Origin: Candidatus Babeliales bacterium
GTDB taxonomy: Bacteria; Babelota; Babeliae; Babelales; JANWKD01
DNA length: 64,000 bases
Assembly (NCBI GenBank): GCA_963722075.1
Contig: CAVRJM010000001.1
Location: forward strand, 96,001-160,000
Direction of reading: 5' to 3'
Part shown: positions 49,566 through 60,346 of the stretch, one piece after another
How the letters are laid out: the number at the start of each line of letters is the position of its first letter
Numbering within the stretch: position 1 is the stretch's first letter
Notes under the pieces: model-generated
The model's input: the letters and a program-made list of their open reading frames with translations, nothing else
What the model was told of the DNA's origin: nothing
Database searches by the model: none
Position numbers and translations under genes: made by a program

Positions 49566-52193
49566 CTACACTCGCCCAACTCTCACCACTACCATCTTTC
49601 TAGTATCCAATACATCTGCTACTGCCGCTTGAATCTCTTTTTTACTAACACGCGCTAACTGTTGTGCACGATTATCAAAGAAATCATACGGCATTTTATA
49701 CCGATGCATGAATAAGAAAGTAGCAGCAATTTGTTTATTGGTTTCAAAATTATCCACTAATGAATTAGCAAGAGCATTTTGTGCATGAAAATATTCATCA
49801 TCAGAAATGGTTTCATGTGCTTCATTAATTGTTTGTGCAATTTGTTTTTGTGCTTCTTCCAAGCGATCCTGAGAAACAATGGTTCTAATAAAACTCATTC
49901 CCGGTTGTTCATCGGCATGAGAAAGTAATGAGCCGCCAATAGTATAAAAGAGCCCCGATCGTTCACGTAGGGCAAAAAGGCGCGAATTCATTGCTCCTAG
50001 TACCCCCCCGGTAAAAATCTGATCAAAAATAAGCAATTTATCAAAAGCTGGATCTAATCTACTTACTGATTTACCCGCAAAAGCGAGTACCACTTGATCG
50101 CGGTTGATAGGATAATTAAGAATATGCGGTACTGGCGTAGGTATGGTGCCAAATGAAAGTGGTGTAACGGTTGGCCCTTGCCAATCGCTTAGAAATGTAT
50201 GCATAATTGCCGGTATATCATATTCCTGTAGATTCCCTACTATTGAAATAGTAGTTTGCTCAGGGGTTATATAACGCTTATATGCTTCAATAAGATCTTG
50301 ATGGGTAATAGCCTCTAAACTTTCTTGCGTTCCTAATGATAGTTTGCTGTAGGGATGGCTTTTATATATTTCTTTGCGTGCAAGTAAATTTACAAATTGG
50401 GAAGGCTGGTCCCAATAATTATGAATATCAGATAACAGTTGATCACGAACCTTATCAATTTCTGATTCAGGGAACGTAACATTGGTAAGAATTTCTTTAA
50501 GGAGTGATAATCCTGCCGGTAAATCGCTACTCAACATATTGAACGCAATAATACCGGGCTTTGATTCGATGTTCATACCGCGCGATTCAATTTCGTGGGC
50601 TAATTCAATGGCACTGTATTGCTTGGTTCCTTCAATGAGCATGTTACTCATAAAATTCAATAATCCCGGTAGTTGATCTGAATCGTAATATGATTTTGCT
50701 TTGAAATCAACCAATACATCTATTTTGGCAATATTGGGATTATGATAATACAAAATGGTTAATCCATTAGGTAATGTTATGGTTTGAGGTTTAGGAAAAT
50801 CAAATGTAGCTGCTTCCTTAACGTTAATAGCATGTACATGTACGCCTGGTTCAATAGCGCTTTCTCTCGATATTTGCGATAAAATAGCAGTATCTTGTTT
50901 ATCTGATTCTTGTTGTAATTCAAGCCATACTGATTGCTGCTGTTCAGGAAGTGGTAACAATCGCCCCTGATGCATTAAGATTGATTTGAAATAATCTTTA
51001 AGCATTTGTATGAGAGCCGGTTTAACCGTTTCTATAGGATGCTGTATATAACGGAATAGATAATTTTCATCGCGTGTTGCCAAAAATGATTGGCCGATGG
51101 TGTATGCTTGTTTTTGATTATTTTCCAAGAGATCTAAATATTCTGATTGCACCTGTTTAGTTGCTCGGATAATTTCTTCATCAGTAATACCCTGGTGTAT
51201 GAGTTGTTCAATTTCTTCTTGGATAATGGTAATTATTGAATCTGTTTCAGTGCCTTCTTTTGGTTGGAAATAGATAAAAAAGAGCCCATAATCAAACAGA
51301 TCATACACAAATGATTCCAGTTGCGTAACCAATTGCAATTCATCAATGAGTTTTTTTTGCAACCGTGAACTTTTTCCTGACCCCAGTACCCAAGAAAGCA
51401 CATTAAGGAAATAATCTTGTTGTTTATGCGCGCCGGGCACTATAAAACAAAGGGCTATTTGCGGGATTTTAACATCACGATAGAGCGTTGTTTGGGTTGC
51501 TATAAGCTCATTGGTATGATAATACAAATCCCTTTTATAGAGTGGATCTGGGTTAATTTGACCAAAAGCACGTTGTGCATGCCCAAGAACGTCGGCCTCA
51601 GCAACATCGCCAACCACCACTAAAGTTGCATTATTGGGATAATAATGTTTTTTATAAAACTGCATTAAATCAGCATGTTTTAAGCTCCATAAATCTTGCT
51701 TAAATCCAATAATGGGGTAATGGTAGGGATGATCAGCAAAGATGGTTGATATCATTTGCTGAATTAAGCTTGAATCGTAATTATCGCGATACATTTTTAA
51801 TTCTTGAATAACCGCTTTCATTTCTGAATTAAGCAGTTCTTGTTTAAACGTGCAGTTACGCATGCAATCGGCCATAATAGGAAGAGCTTCATGCCAGTGA
51901 TGAGTAGGAAAATCAAAAAGATAGCCAGTATAATCCCAGGAAGTAAATGCATTACACGTACCTGATAGTTTTTGCGTGATCATATTAATATCAGATTCAG
52001 ATAGTTTGTGTGTTCCTTTAAAGATCATATGCTCAATAAGATGTGCAATTCCTTTTTCGCTTGTTTTTTCATCTTTTGAACCCACATCATACCATAATTG
52101 AATTGATACTTTAGGAATCGTATGATTAGGGCGTACTAATACCGTTAACCCGTTATCTAACACTTTTTTAAATACTGTATCTGATTTACTCAT
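49566..52193 (-). CDS. M16 family (pitrilysin/PqqL-like) zinc peptidase
   Basis: GIAHLIEHMIFKGT inverted HxxEH, NAFT; second half degenerate. Confidence 0.93.
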   Translation of the reverse strand: MSKSDTVFKKVLDNGLTVLVRPNHTIPKVSIQLWYDVGSKDEKTSEKGIAHLIEHMIFKGTHKLSESDINMITQKLSGTCNAFTSWDYTGYLFDFPTHHWHEALPIMADCMRNCTFKQELLNSEMKAVIQELKMYRDNYDSSLIQQMISTIFADHPYHYPIIGFKQDLWSLKHADLMQFYKKHYYPNNATLVVVGDVAEADVLGHAQRAFGQINPDPLYKRDLYYHTNELIATQTTLYRDVKIPQIALCFIVPGAHKQQDYFLNVLSWVLGSGKSSRLQKKLIDELQLVTQLESFVYDLFDYGLFFIYFQPKEGTETDSIITIIQEEIEQLIHQGITDEEIIRATKQVQSEYLDLLENNQKQAYTIGQSFLATRDENYLFRYIQHPIETVKPALIQMLKDYFKSILMHQGRLLPLPEQQQSVWLELQQESDKQDTAILSQISRESAIEPGVHVHAINVKEAATFDFPKPQTITLPNGLTILYYHNPNIAKIDVLVDFKAKSYYDSDQLPGLLNFMSNMLIEGTKQYSAIELAHEIESRGMNIESKPGIIAFNMLSSDLPAGLSLLKEILTNVTFPESEIDKVRDQLLSDIHNYWDQPSQFVNLLARKEIYKSHPYSKLSLGTQESLEAITHQDLIEAYKRYITPEQTTISIVGNLQEYDIPAIMHTFLSDWQGPTVTPLSFGTIPTPVPHILNYPINRDQVVLAFAGKSVSRLDPAFDKLLIFDQIFTGGVLGAMNSRLFALRERSGLFYTIGGSLLSHADEQPGMSFIRTIVSQDRLEEAQKQIAQTINEAHETISDDEYFHAQNALANSLVDNFETNKQIAATFLFMHRYKMPYDFFDNRAQQLARVSKKEIQAAVADVLDTRKMVVVRVGRV

Positions 52194-52362
52194 GCTTTTC
52201 ACGCGCAAAGCCTTTTATTTATTTACCAACAATAATTACTGATTTTTATTTAATCATAAGCTGAAAAAGAGAAAAAAAGTAGATCTGATTAATATTATTG
52301 CTATTTGTAATAAAAAAGATGTATCCTAAAAATGATAATAACCATAATTTCAGAGAAAAATT

Positions 52363-52815
52363 ATGAAATTACGAAATAAAATTATATTGTTATGTTCATT
52401 TTTTATCATTATAACGCTTATTGAACAGCTAAAAGCGTCCTTCATTGTTGTGCAAGGCTCCATTCAATTGTGGATTGTGACTATTATCAATAATTCAGGT
52501 ATCACGTTAGTAGTTATTGATGAAGTTATTGATCCGCAAGGTAGCTCAGCAATGGAACAAATATTAACTCCGGGAGTACCCAATAATCAGTTCAGCTTTC
52601 AATGGCCGTCCGACTTTCAAAAACCCAATGGGAGAAGAATTACTATTTATGGACTTATAAATGGTGTATTACAAACAAATAAAATTATTATAGGAAATAC
52701 GGCAGACGCAACGCATCCGATGGTTCCTTCAGGAGATTTTTATATTATTCGTTCATCCCGCAGAGCGATTTGTATTGCTGATAAATTAAACCCAAATCAA
52801 TGTGCGGGTCGTTAA
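52363..52815 (+). CDS. Secreted beta-rich hypothetical protein
   Basis: Signal peptide; 150 aa. Confidence 0.65.
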   Translation: MKLRNKIILLCSFFIIITLIEQLKASFIVVQGSIQLWIVTIINNSGITLVVIDEVIDPQGSSAMEQILTPGVPNNQFSFQWPSDFQKPNGRRITIYGLINGVLQTNKIIIGNTADATHPMVPSGDFYIIRSSRRAICIADKLNPNQCAGR

Positions 52816-52826
52816 AGGAGTTAATT

Positions 52827-53213
52827 ATGAAAAAATTACTATGTATCGGGCTTTTACTGATCAATAGTTCGATTTTTGCTATACGGTTGACTAATGTTAC
52901 TAAATTTCCGGTGAGTGCCACAGTAACTTATTATGCAAATTGTACAAGTTTTGATCCATTAAATACCGTGCAGTATAAAATTACCGTTCCATCGCATGGC
53001 AGTGCTGATATTACACAAGCGTCTCCAGTGGTGGCGCGTGAAAAGGGGTGTAATTTAACGGTTATGAGCGTGGAAGCAAGTTTATTACTTTCTGATGGGA
53101 TCACGCAATTAAAACGTACCTTTGTAGGGCCATTTACCAAAGATATTGTGATTAATTCTTCCTTGCAAACTGATGCTTCATTCATTGTCAAAGGGATTAT
53201 TGCAGCGCAGTGA
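52827..53213 (+). CDS. Secreted beta-rich hypothetical protein
   Basis: AAGGAG RBS; MKKLLCIGLLL signal peptide; two Cys. Confidence 0.7.
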   Translation: MKKLLCIGLLLINSSIFAIRLTNVTKFPVSATVTYYANCTSFDPLNTVQYKITVPSHGSADITQASPVVAREKGCNLTVMSVEASLLLSDGITQLKRTFVGPFTKDIVINSSLQTDASFIVKGIIAAQ

Positions 53214-53286
53214 ATGGTTTTATATTGAATAATATAAACTACCAATTATACTTTTTATTATTTGAATAAACAGTATAAAGGTTTTC

Positions 53287-53736
53287 ATGAATCGTAAATT
53301 ATATGTATTAGTTCTAGTAGTTCTATTTTTTAATAATAATTTTTCTTTAGCAATGAATAATGAATTAAATACATTGGATGTATTTGATAATTTTTTCAAA
53401 GATGTTGCCATTTCAACGTTAAAAGTTGGAGCAGGAGCTGCTATCGGTTATTTTGGCGCGGTAACATTAGGTGAAGCAATGTGCGATCTCTTACAGTTTT
53501 GTGAATTGGGATTAATGGCAACAGGCATGTATGAGAGCCATGATCAAATTGCGGTACAAAGCCGTTCCGGATTTAAACAAATGGCAAAAAATCAGTTATT
53601 ATATGGGGAATTCGTATTATTATCTCCTAATAAATCTATTTCCAAGGGGACGTTGGCAAAACTAATTTTAGGGGGAAGTAGCTTATACGTGAGCCATGGT
53701 TTAATAAAAGATGCTCTTAATATTATTTTAAAATAA
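53287..53736 (+). CDS. Secreted/membrane hypothetical protein
   Basis: FSLA|MN; Gly-rich hydrophobic helix VGAGAAIGYFGAV. Confidence 0.65.
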   Translation: MNRKLYVLVLVVLFFNNNFSLAMNNELNTLDVFDNFFKDVAISTLKVGAGAAIGYFGAVTLGEAMCDLLQFCELGLMATGMYESHDQIAVQSRSGFKQMAKNQLLYGEFVLLSPNKSISKGTLAKLILGGSSLYVSHGLIKDALNIILK

Positions 53737-53748
53737 ATAATATCCGAA

Positions 53749-54145
53749 AGGTTCTGTTGAGTCTTTCTAGAGGTATCATAAAACTAACTCAAAGTAATAA
53801 AATATAAGCAGTTAGAAAAGCCGTCGTTGCGAGCTTGCCGAAGCAATCCAGATTAAAATAAATGATAATACAAGCTTATAGAAGATAATAGAATACAGCC
53901 CCGTCAATTATTGAAAAAGGTAAAAATTTATTTTATATAAAACTAATAAATAATTTTTTTCATTGAATGAATAAATCATTGTAATAAATAAACTTATGAA
54001 ATGAATTGAAAAATTTTAATGAACCTGGATTGCTTCGACGAGCTCGCAACGACGTACGTTTATAATTTTATATTATTTGAGCAAGATATTATGCATCTTA
54101 GTGGGAATTTAAAACTTCAAATAAGTGTAAAACTCAACAGAATCT
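53749..54145. mobile_element. MITE-like element with TIRs enclosing an inverted CGTC-repeat pair
   Basis: AGGTTCTGTTGAGT ... AAAACTCAACAGAATCT; inner repeats at 53822-53851 and 54024-54054. Confidence 0.6.
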
Positions 54146-54197
54146 AGCGAGTTTGGCATCTAAAACAGCCTATTTACAAAAAAAGGTCCTTTATTAA

Positions 54198-54225
54198 TGG
54201 GATCCTCACGCTGCGCTCGGACGAT
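54198..54225 (-). repeat. Degenerate CGTC-type repeat
   Basis: TGGGATCCTCACGCTGCGCTCGGACGAT resembles the 20967 copy. Confidence 0.5.
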
Positions 54226-54239
54226 AAAAAGAGGGATCA

Positions 54240-55574
54240 TTACTTAGTCTTTGCATCCTGCACATCATACCCAAGTTGTTTTAACTTCTCACGCAATTCA
54301 TCTGATTTTTTATAATCCTTAGCAATGCGTGCTGCTTCACGCTCCTCAATCAATTGTTGAATTTCAGCAGTAATAGTAACTGCTTTTTCAGGTAAGGGAT
54401 GTAAAGTAAGGCCTAAAATATCAATAATGAATTTTTTTACCAAGCATGCTTCATCAGGTGAAAGTTTTTTAAGATGTTCAAAAACTACGCCAAACATGCC
54501 GGGTGTATTTAAATCATCAACTAAAAACTCCATCATTTTTTTTATAATTTCCGATTCTTTTACTTGAGAAGGCAGTATATTTTCAGGAATTTGTACTTTA
54601 CTAAAGAACAGTGCCAATTTTTGATATGTTTTGTGTGCCGTTTGTAAATCATCTAAAGAAAAATCCAGCGGCGATCGATAATGATGTGTCAGAATCATGT
54701 ATCGTAATACCATCGGATCAAATTGTTCAAAAATTTGGCGAATGGTAAAGAAATTATGCAGAGATTTAGACATTTTTTCTTCATTTATGCGCACAAATGC
54801 ATTATGCATCCAGTATCGTGCAAATGGTTTACCCCAGACGCTTTCTGATTGCGCAATTTCATTTTCATGATGTGGGAAAATAAGATCCATGCCGCCGCCA
54901 TGAATATCAATATGTTCGCCTAAAAAATGGCGGGCAAGCGCCGAACATTCTATATGCCAACCCGGGCGTCCATATCCCCAAGGGCTTTTCCAAAAAGTTC
55001 CTTCTGGTTCTGCTTTCCATAAAGCAAAATCAAGAGGATCTCTTTTTTTATGGTTTTGTTCAACACGAGCACCAATGCGCAAATCTTCAAGCTTTTGTTT
55101 AGATAATTGCCCATAATCAGAAAAGGTTGGGATGCTAAAATAAACATCACCATCTACCACATACGCTTTGCCGGTATCAACGAGTTTTTTAATAAGGGTA
55201 ATAATCTCAGGGATGTGCTCTGTTACACGGGGTTGAAAGGTTGGTGCCAAGCAATTGAGCGCTACCATGTCTTCCTGATAGGCAGTAATAAATTGATTGG
55301 CAACGAGTAAAAATTTGCTTGGATCGCCATATTCTTGTACTGCTTTATTAATTAATTTGTCATCAATATCAGTAAAATTGCGACAATAAATAACGGTATA
55401 ATCCAAAAATGTTAATAATCGATATAACAGATCAAATACAATATACACGCGGGCATGGCCAACGTGAGAATAATCATAAGGAGTTACGCCACAAACATAC
55501 ATGGTAACCTTGTGAGGATACCAGGGTTTAAATGATTCTTTTTTAGCGCTTAAGGTATTGTTAATAACTAGCAT
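54240..55574 (-). CDS. cysS: Cysteine--tRNA ligase
   Basis: MYVCGVTPYD, HVGH, DFALWK, GRPGWHIECS, DLIFPHHENE, KMSKS. Confidence 0.97.
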   Translation of the reverse strand: MLVINNTLSAKKESFKPWYPHKVTMYVCGVTPYDYSHVGHARVYIVFDLLYRLLTFLDYTVIYCRNFTDIDDKLINKAVQEYGDPSKFLLVANQFITAYQEDMVALNCLAPTFQPRVTEHIPEIITLIKKLVDTGKAYVVDGDVYFSIPTFSDYGQLSKQKLEDLRIGARVEQNHKKRDPLDFALWKAEPEGTFWKSPWGYGRPGWHIECSALARHFLGEHIDIHGGGMDLIFPHHENEIAQSESVWGKPFARYWMHNAFVRINEEKMSKSLHNFFTIRQIFEQFDPMVLRYMILTHHYRSPLDFSLDDLQTAHKTYQKLALFFSKVQIPENILPSQVKESEIIKKMMEFLVDDLNTPGMFGVVFEHLKKLSPDEACLVKKFIIDILGLTLHPLPEKAVTITAEIQQLIEEREAARIAKDYKKSDELREKLKQLGYDVQDAKTK

Positions 55575-55707
55575 ATATTCCAACTCGTGCATTTTAAGGG
55601 TTTTTTATAGTTTAAAAAAGATTATCCACTCTGGTCAATCTTAAAAAAAAAGGTATTCTAATTTATTATTAAAAATTACAGAATTATATTAAATAAATTT
55701 TTCGATA

Positions 55708-55812
55708 TGTCATTCTGAGATCTTGCTTTGCAAGATCGTGAGAATCCAGTTATAAAATATAAAGACTTTTTTATTTATTTACTGGATCCCCACGCTAGCG
55801 CTCGGGATGACG
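55708..55812. repeat. CGTC-type palindromic repeat pair upstream of bamA
   Basis: TGTCATTCTGAGATCTTGCTTTGCAAGATCGTGAGAATCCAG / CTGGATCCCCACGCTAGCGCTCGGGATGACG. Confidence 0.8.
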
Positions 55813-55847
55813 TCTGGGTTGGTTCTGGTAGCTTAGGAGCGTATAAT

Positions 55848-58481
55848 ATGACATCGGTGCTGATGAACGTACTGTTATTTTTTTCATTTTTCTTTTCAAT
55901 TCCTTGTATTGTATATGCAGATAGTGATACTAAATCACCTGAACCCATTGCTTTAGAAGAGGATTTATGGCGCATAACAGAACCACAACAACAACCCCCT
56001 GCATTGCCTGTTGAACCCATATACGATAATGCAGATGACGTTTCAATTGTATCGCAACATAAATTAAAAGATAAAGCTGAAAAAACAACTAACAATGATA
56101 TGAATCCACAAGACAGGATGGTCCCTGCAAAACCGCTTATTAATGATATTATCATTATTGGCAATAATCAGGTAGGTACTGATGCAATTCTTAATAAAAT
56201 TCCCTATCACGTTAATGAAGAATATACACCGATCAAATCAAAATCCCTTATTTCAAACCTAATGGAGATGGGATACTTTAAAAACGTATCGCTTAAAGGG
56301 GAATTACTTCCGGATAATAAAATAAATCTATATGTGATACTAGCAGAAAAACAACCACTTAAAGAGGTGATTTTTAAAGGGAATAAGCATTTATTAGAAA
56401 AAGATATAAAGAAAAAAATTAAATTTAATGAAAAACCCGCTATTGATGAAAGTGATCTTAAAAAATTTATTAATGACCTTAAAAAATTATATAGAGAAAA
56501 AAACTACCATAACGTTGAAATCGAAGCACAGCTAGAAGATGCTGGCCAGGGTAAGGTAAATGCCGTTTTTACCATTACTGAAAATAAAAAATCTGCTGTT
56601 CAACGAGTTTTTTTTGAAGGGAATAAAGCATTTTCTGATAAAGAGTTACGGGGCCTCATATTCACGCGTGAAGATTGGGTATTAGGGTTTATGGATAAAG
56701 CTGGTTTTTATCAGCCAGAAGCAATCGAAGCAGATCGCCATATGTTGGAAAATTTTTACCAAAGCCGAGGGTATTTAAATGCAAAAGTAACTGATGTTGA
56801 AATACAGCCTGATGTGCAGGATCCTTATAATATGAAAATAACATTTCATATTCTTGAAGGCGATCTTTATACCGTACGCGATATTAAAGTAGCGGGTAAT
56901 GATGCTGTTTCTGAAGCGGAAGTTTTAAGTCGATTACCCATAAAATCAGGTGATTTATATTCTAAAGAAAAAATTCGTGATTCAATTGAATTAATACGCT
57001 TACTACTGGGGGAATATGGCTATATTTATGCCGATGTTGATCCTTCTATTGAACCCGATAATGAAAATAAGACGGTAAATATCACCTTCTTTACTGAATT
57101 AGGTGATAAAATTACCGTTCGTAAAATTGAAATTCGTGGTAACCAAAAGACGCGCCAAAAGATTATTCGTCGTCAATTATTATTTGATGAAGGTGATTTA
57201 TTAACAACGCAACGCCTTGAAAAATCAAAAGAACGGGTAGAACAATTGGGTTATTTTGATCAACAAAATGGGGTGAGTTGGAAACTTAAGCGGGTAAATC
57301 AGGATATTGCCGATTTAGAACTTTTTGTAAATGAGGTTAAAACAGGGCGTGTAGATATGCAACTAGGTTTTGGTGGTTCGCCGCGTGATTTACAAAACCC
57401 TACCGAATCGTTACGTATTGGTGGGTCTATTTCTGATACAAATTTACTTGGCCTTGGTATTGGATTTAATTTAAGTGGTGAATTTTCAAAGCAAGAACGG
57501 CAACTTCTTTTCAATATTACTGAACCGTGGCTTTTTGATCGTCCTATTTTTGCAGCGCTTGATTTAGCAATCAAAAAATCATTATATGAAGATTTTCAAT
57601 TTACCAAAAATGAAGTAAAAGAGCAGTTGGTAAATGGCTCATTTAGTGTTGGTTTTATTTCTCAAAAATTAAATATGACGCGCTTCCTTTTCCTTTTTGG
57701 GGTAGAAGGGTTGCATTATAATCAACCACCTGAAGTAAACCCAGCCTCAATACCAGATCCAAAGGAAGCGGCAGAATTTACGATGATTCTACAGCGCCGT
57801 TTTCCGCAAGGTAGTTTTGCCTGGACTGGTGCACAAGCAAGCCAGGATTTTCGTAATCATCCGCTGCACCCCAGCCGTGGATATCAATGGCTTATTCAAA
57901 CACGTATGGGCATTCCTAATAGTGGTCATTTTCATTTAGCTTCCGCACCGCAAGCATCTGCCTTCAATTTTGGATTCTGGAAACTAGATGGCGATGCCAG
58001 CTATTATACGCCATTAATTGGTGAACGTGATTTAGTATTTTACTTCCATACCCATTTTGGCATTGTGGGATCATTCCCGGGGAAAGTAATTCCATTTAGG
58101 GAATTGTACCATATTGGTGGTCCGGCCAGTGTTAGAGGGTTCTTATTTGGTGAAATTGGGCCCACCTTCAAAGGCGTCGATTCTATTGGTGCTAAAAAAG
58201 CATTTTGGTTTAACGCTGAGTTAATTTTCCCGGTAGCTCCTGACTTTTCTATTAAAGGAATCGTATTTTATGATGGTGGTGCTGGATGGGATACGCCTGA
58301 TTCGCAAGCAATTTCCAAAAAACGGCTTAAAAATAATAGCTTTAACTATCGTCATTCAGTAGGATTTGGGGTGCGTTTATTGAGGCCTACGCCAATGCGT
58401 ATTGATTGGGGTTTCAAGCTTGATAAACGTAAGGGCGAATCACCGAGTGAAGTACATTTGACGATGTCTCATGATTTCTAA
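55848..58481 (+). CDS. bamA: Outer-membrane protein assembly factor BamA
   Basis: AGGAG RBS before ATG 55848; POTRA repeats (I.F.GN), GGPASVRGF, C-terminal barrel ending in F. Confidence 0.95.
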   Translation: MTSVLMNVLLFFSFFFSIPCIVYADSDTKSPEPIALEEDLWRITEPQQQPPALPVEPIYDNADDVSIVSQHKLKDKAEKTTNNDMNPQDRMVPAKPLINDIIIIGNNQVGTDAILNKIPYHVNEEYTPIKSKSLISNLMEMGYFKNVSLKGELLPDNKINLYVILAEKQPLKEVIFKGNKHLLEKDIKKKIKFNEKPAIDESDLKKFINDLKKLYREKNYHNVEIEAQLEDAGQGKVNAVFTITENKKSAVQRVFFEGNKAFSDKELRGLIFTREDWVLGFMDKAGFYQPEAIEADRHMLENFYQSRGYLNAKVTDVEIQPDVQDPYNMKITFHILEGDLYTVRDIKVAGNDAVSEAEVLSRLPIKSGDLYSKEKIRDSIELIRLLLGEYGYIYADVDPSIEPDNENKTVNITFFTELGDKITVRKIEIRGNQKTRQKIIRRQLLFDEGDLLTTQRLEKSKERVEQLGYFDQQNGVSWKLKRVNQDIADLELFVNEVKTGRVDMQLGFGGSPRDLQNPTESLRIGGSISDTNLLGLGIGFNLSGEFSKQERQLLFNITEPWLFDRPIFAALDLAIKKSLYEDFQFTKNEVKEQLVNGSFSVGFISQKLNMTRFLFLFGVEGLHYNQPPEVNPASIPDPKEAAEFTMILQRRFPQGSFAWTGAQASQDFRNHPLHPSRGYQWLIQTRMGIPNSGHFHLASAPQASAFNFGFWKLDGDASYYTPLIGERDLVFYFHTHFGIVGSFPGKVIPFRELYHIGGPASVRGFLFGEIGPTFKGVDSIGAKKAFWFNAELIFPVAPDFSIKGIVFYDGGAGWDTPDSQAISKKRLKNNSFNYRHSVGFGVRLLRPTPMRIDWGFKLDKRKGESPSEVHLTMSHDF

Positions 58482-58559
58482 AAAACCCTTTATTTAAGGT
58501 ATGTATTTCTGCTAAAATAGGTATATATTGGTTAGATATTATGAAAATGGAGAGTATCT

Positions 58560-58883
58560 ATGAAAAACAATAAAATATCTTATTTATTATTATTGTTAGT
58601 TTGTCAAAGCATGCGCGCAATGGAAAATCCAAATCCTGAAAAGGAAGTAAAAAGCGAATATAACCTGCAAGGGCTTGATTTTGCTGATGAAATAATATTA
58701 TCAGCTGCAATACAGAAACTTGAATATTTGAAAAATAATAAGAATAGTATAATCCAAAACTATATAAATAAAGCTGGAATAACCCTGAAAGAGGCAACGA
58801 ATCTATATGACAATAATTTAACAGAAGCTCAGGGCTATTTGGATGAGGTAGTAACGGCGATCAAGAAAGGATTGGGTTACTAA
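58560..58883 (+). CDS. Small secreted acidic helical protein, array family D
   Basis: MRA|ME; NKNSIIQ..TLKEATNLYDNNL. Confidence 0.75.
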   Translation: MKNNKISYLLLLLVCQSMRAMENPNPEKEVKSEYNLQGLDFADEIILSAAIQKLEYLKNNKNSIIQNYINKAGITLKEATNLYDNNLTEAQGYLDEVVTAIKKGLGY

Positions 58884-58937
58884 CGTAGAAGATGCTGAAC
58901 AGCATTTAGAAATATAATATCTTGAATGGAGCAAAAA

Positions 58938-59492
58938 ATGGACGGTTATAACAACTATAAAAAATATTTTATTACGATCATAGGTTTATTACTTGCCATT
59001 TCTTCACTGAATGCGATGCTTTATGATGCGCCTAATAATAATGATAAACGTATCAAAGAAATAGAAGATCATCTGGCCTTCATTAATAATCATATTGATG
59101 AGTTTATTAAAAGTACTATGAAGCAATTTAATATATCAGAAGAAGACGCTATAGAGTATTATCATCAGCTTGTTGATGGCTACGAAGATGAGATTCAAAA
59201 ATTACATGAAAAAGATACGCATCTTGAATATTTCCTGGTATACAATGAGGATCCAGAAAATATTCGTGGCCAATTGAGGGGAATAAATGACGAAATTACA
59301 TATTATGAAAAAGAAAAAAACGATATAATCCAAAATTTTAGTATTGGATATCAGATATCTAAATCAGAGGCACTTGAGCAATATGAAAGGAACTTGTCCA
59401 ATTTAAAAGATGAAAGAGACGGGTTATTACTTTTATTGGGACAATTAAAGCCGGAATTAACGGTAGAAGAATACATTAAAAAAATTGAATAA
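58938..59492 (+). CDS. Family D protein with two modules
   Basis: N-module similar to 59621, C-module similar to 61013. Confidence 0.8.
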   Translation: MDGYNNYKKYFITIIGLLLAISSLNAMLYDAPNNNDKRIKEIEDHLAFINNHIDEFIKSTMKQFNISEEDAIEYYHQLVDGYEDEIQKLHEKDTHLEYFLVYNEDPENIRGQLRGINDEITYYEKEKNDIIQNFSIGYQISKSEALEQYERNLSNLKDERDGLLLLLGQLKPELTVEEYIKKIE

Positions 59493-59620
59493 ACCTTTTG
59501 TATCAAAGAAGAAAAGGGAATAAAATGATGAAAAAGGGTGTGGGAGAACATTAAGGTAGAAAATGCTGAAAAATTTCAAGACAGCATTTAGAAATATAAG
59601 ATCTTAAATGGGGTAAAAAA

Positions 59621-59908
59621 ATGGACGGTAAAAATAAATTTAAAATGTATCTTTTTATAAGTATGCTTTTGCTTACCCTATCTTCATTGTACGCAATGAA
59701 CTATTACGATCAGCGTATCAAAGAATTAACTGACCATGCGCAATTTATCAAAGACCATGCTGAATATTTTATTAAAAGTCATATGAAACAATTTGATGTA
59801 GCAGAAGAAGAAGCACGACGCTTTTATAATGAATTGATGGGTAACTTTGAGCGAAAAATTCAAAAGTTATTTCGGAAAAGAGATGAAGTTAAGAATGTTA
59901 AACGATAG
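59621..59908 (+). CDS. Family D small secreted protein
   Basis: LYA|MN; FIKSHMKQFDVAEEEARRFYNEL. Confidence 0.78.
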   Translation: MDGKNKFKMYLFISMLLLTLSSLYAMNYYDQRIKELTDHAQFIKDHAEYFIKSHMKQFDVAEEEARRFYNELMGNFERKIQKLFRKRDEVKNVKR

Positions 59909-59922
59909 AGAAAGGAGTGATC

Positions 59923-60273
59923 ATGCAAGTACATAAACTATTTTATTTATTAATTTTAATTTTAGGGATTAATTCTGGTATTAAATCGATGGAAAACCCA
60001 TATCCAGAGGGTAGCAGAGAGTTTAGCCGAATGTATGTTCAACAAATACCAGCCAAATATTTAGAAGAAGCATTAAAAAAAGCACAGCAAGACTTTATAG
60101 TATTTAGAGATGGTAAAGAATCTTTCATTCAACAGGTTATGCATGATTTTGGCTATAATAGGGAAGATGTACAATTCGCTTACGACAAGGAGTTAGAAGT
60201 AAAAGAAGCAATTGTAGATAGTATACAAGAGGCTATCAGAAATATACAAAACATCACCGAAGGTGCAGAATAA
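59923..60273 (+). CDS. Family D small secreted protein
   Basis: IKS|ME; GKESFIQQ..NREDVQFAYDKEL. Confidence 0.75.
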   Translation: MQVHKLFYLLILILGINSGIKSMENPYPEGSREFSRMYVQQIPAKYLEEALKKAQQDFIVFRDGKESFIQQVMHDFGYNREDVQFAYDKELEVKEAIVDSIQEAIRNIQNITEGAE

Positions 60274-60346
60274 ACGAGATGAAGAAGGACTGTCTAATAA
60301 AAAAAGGAGTATTTATGAAGATAAATAAACTATTTTATTTATTTAA

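Noticed and set aside
6981..55812. Palindromic ~30-nt repeats as a CRISPR array
   Set aside because: They are dispersed, mostly inverted pairs with variable sequence; there are no regular direct repeats with spacers and no cas genes.
55728..55847. 40-aa N-terminal extension of BamA in the ORF track
   Set aside because: It is read-through of a repeat pair; the RBS and signal peptide support ATG 55848.
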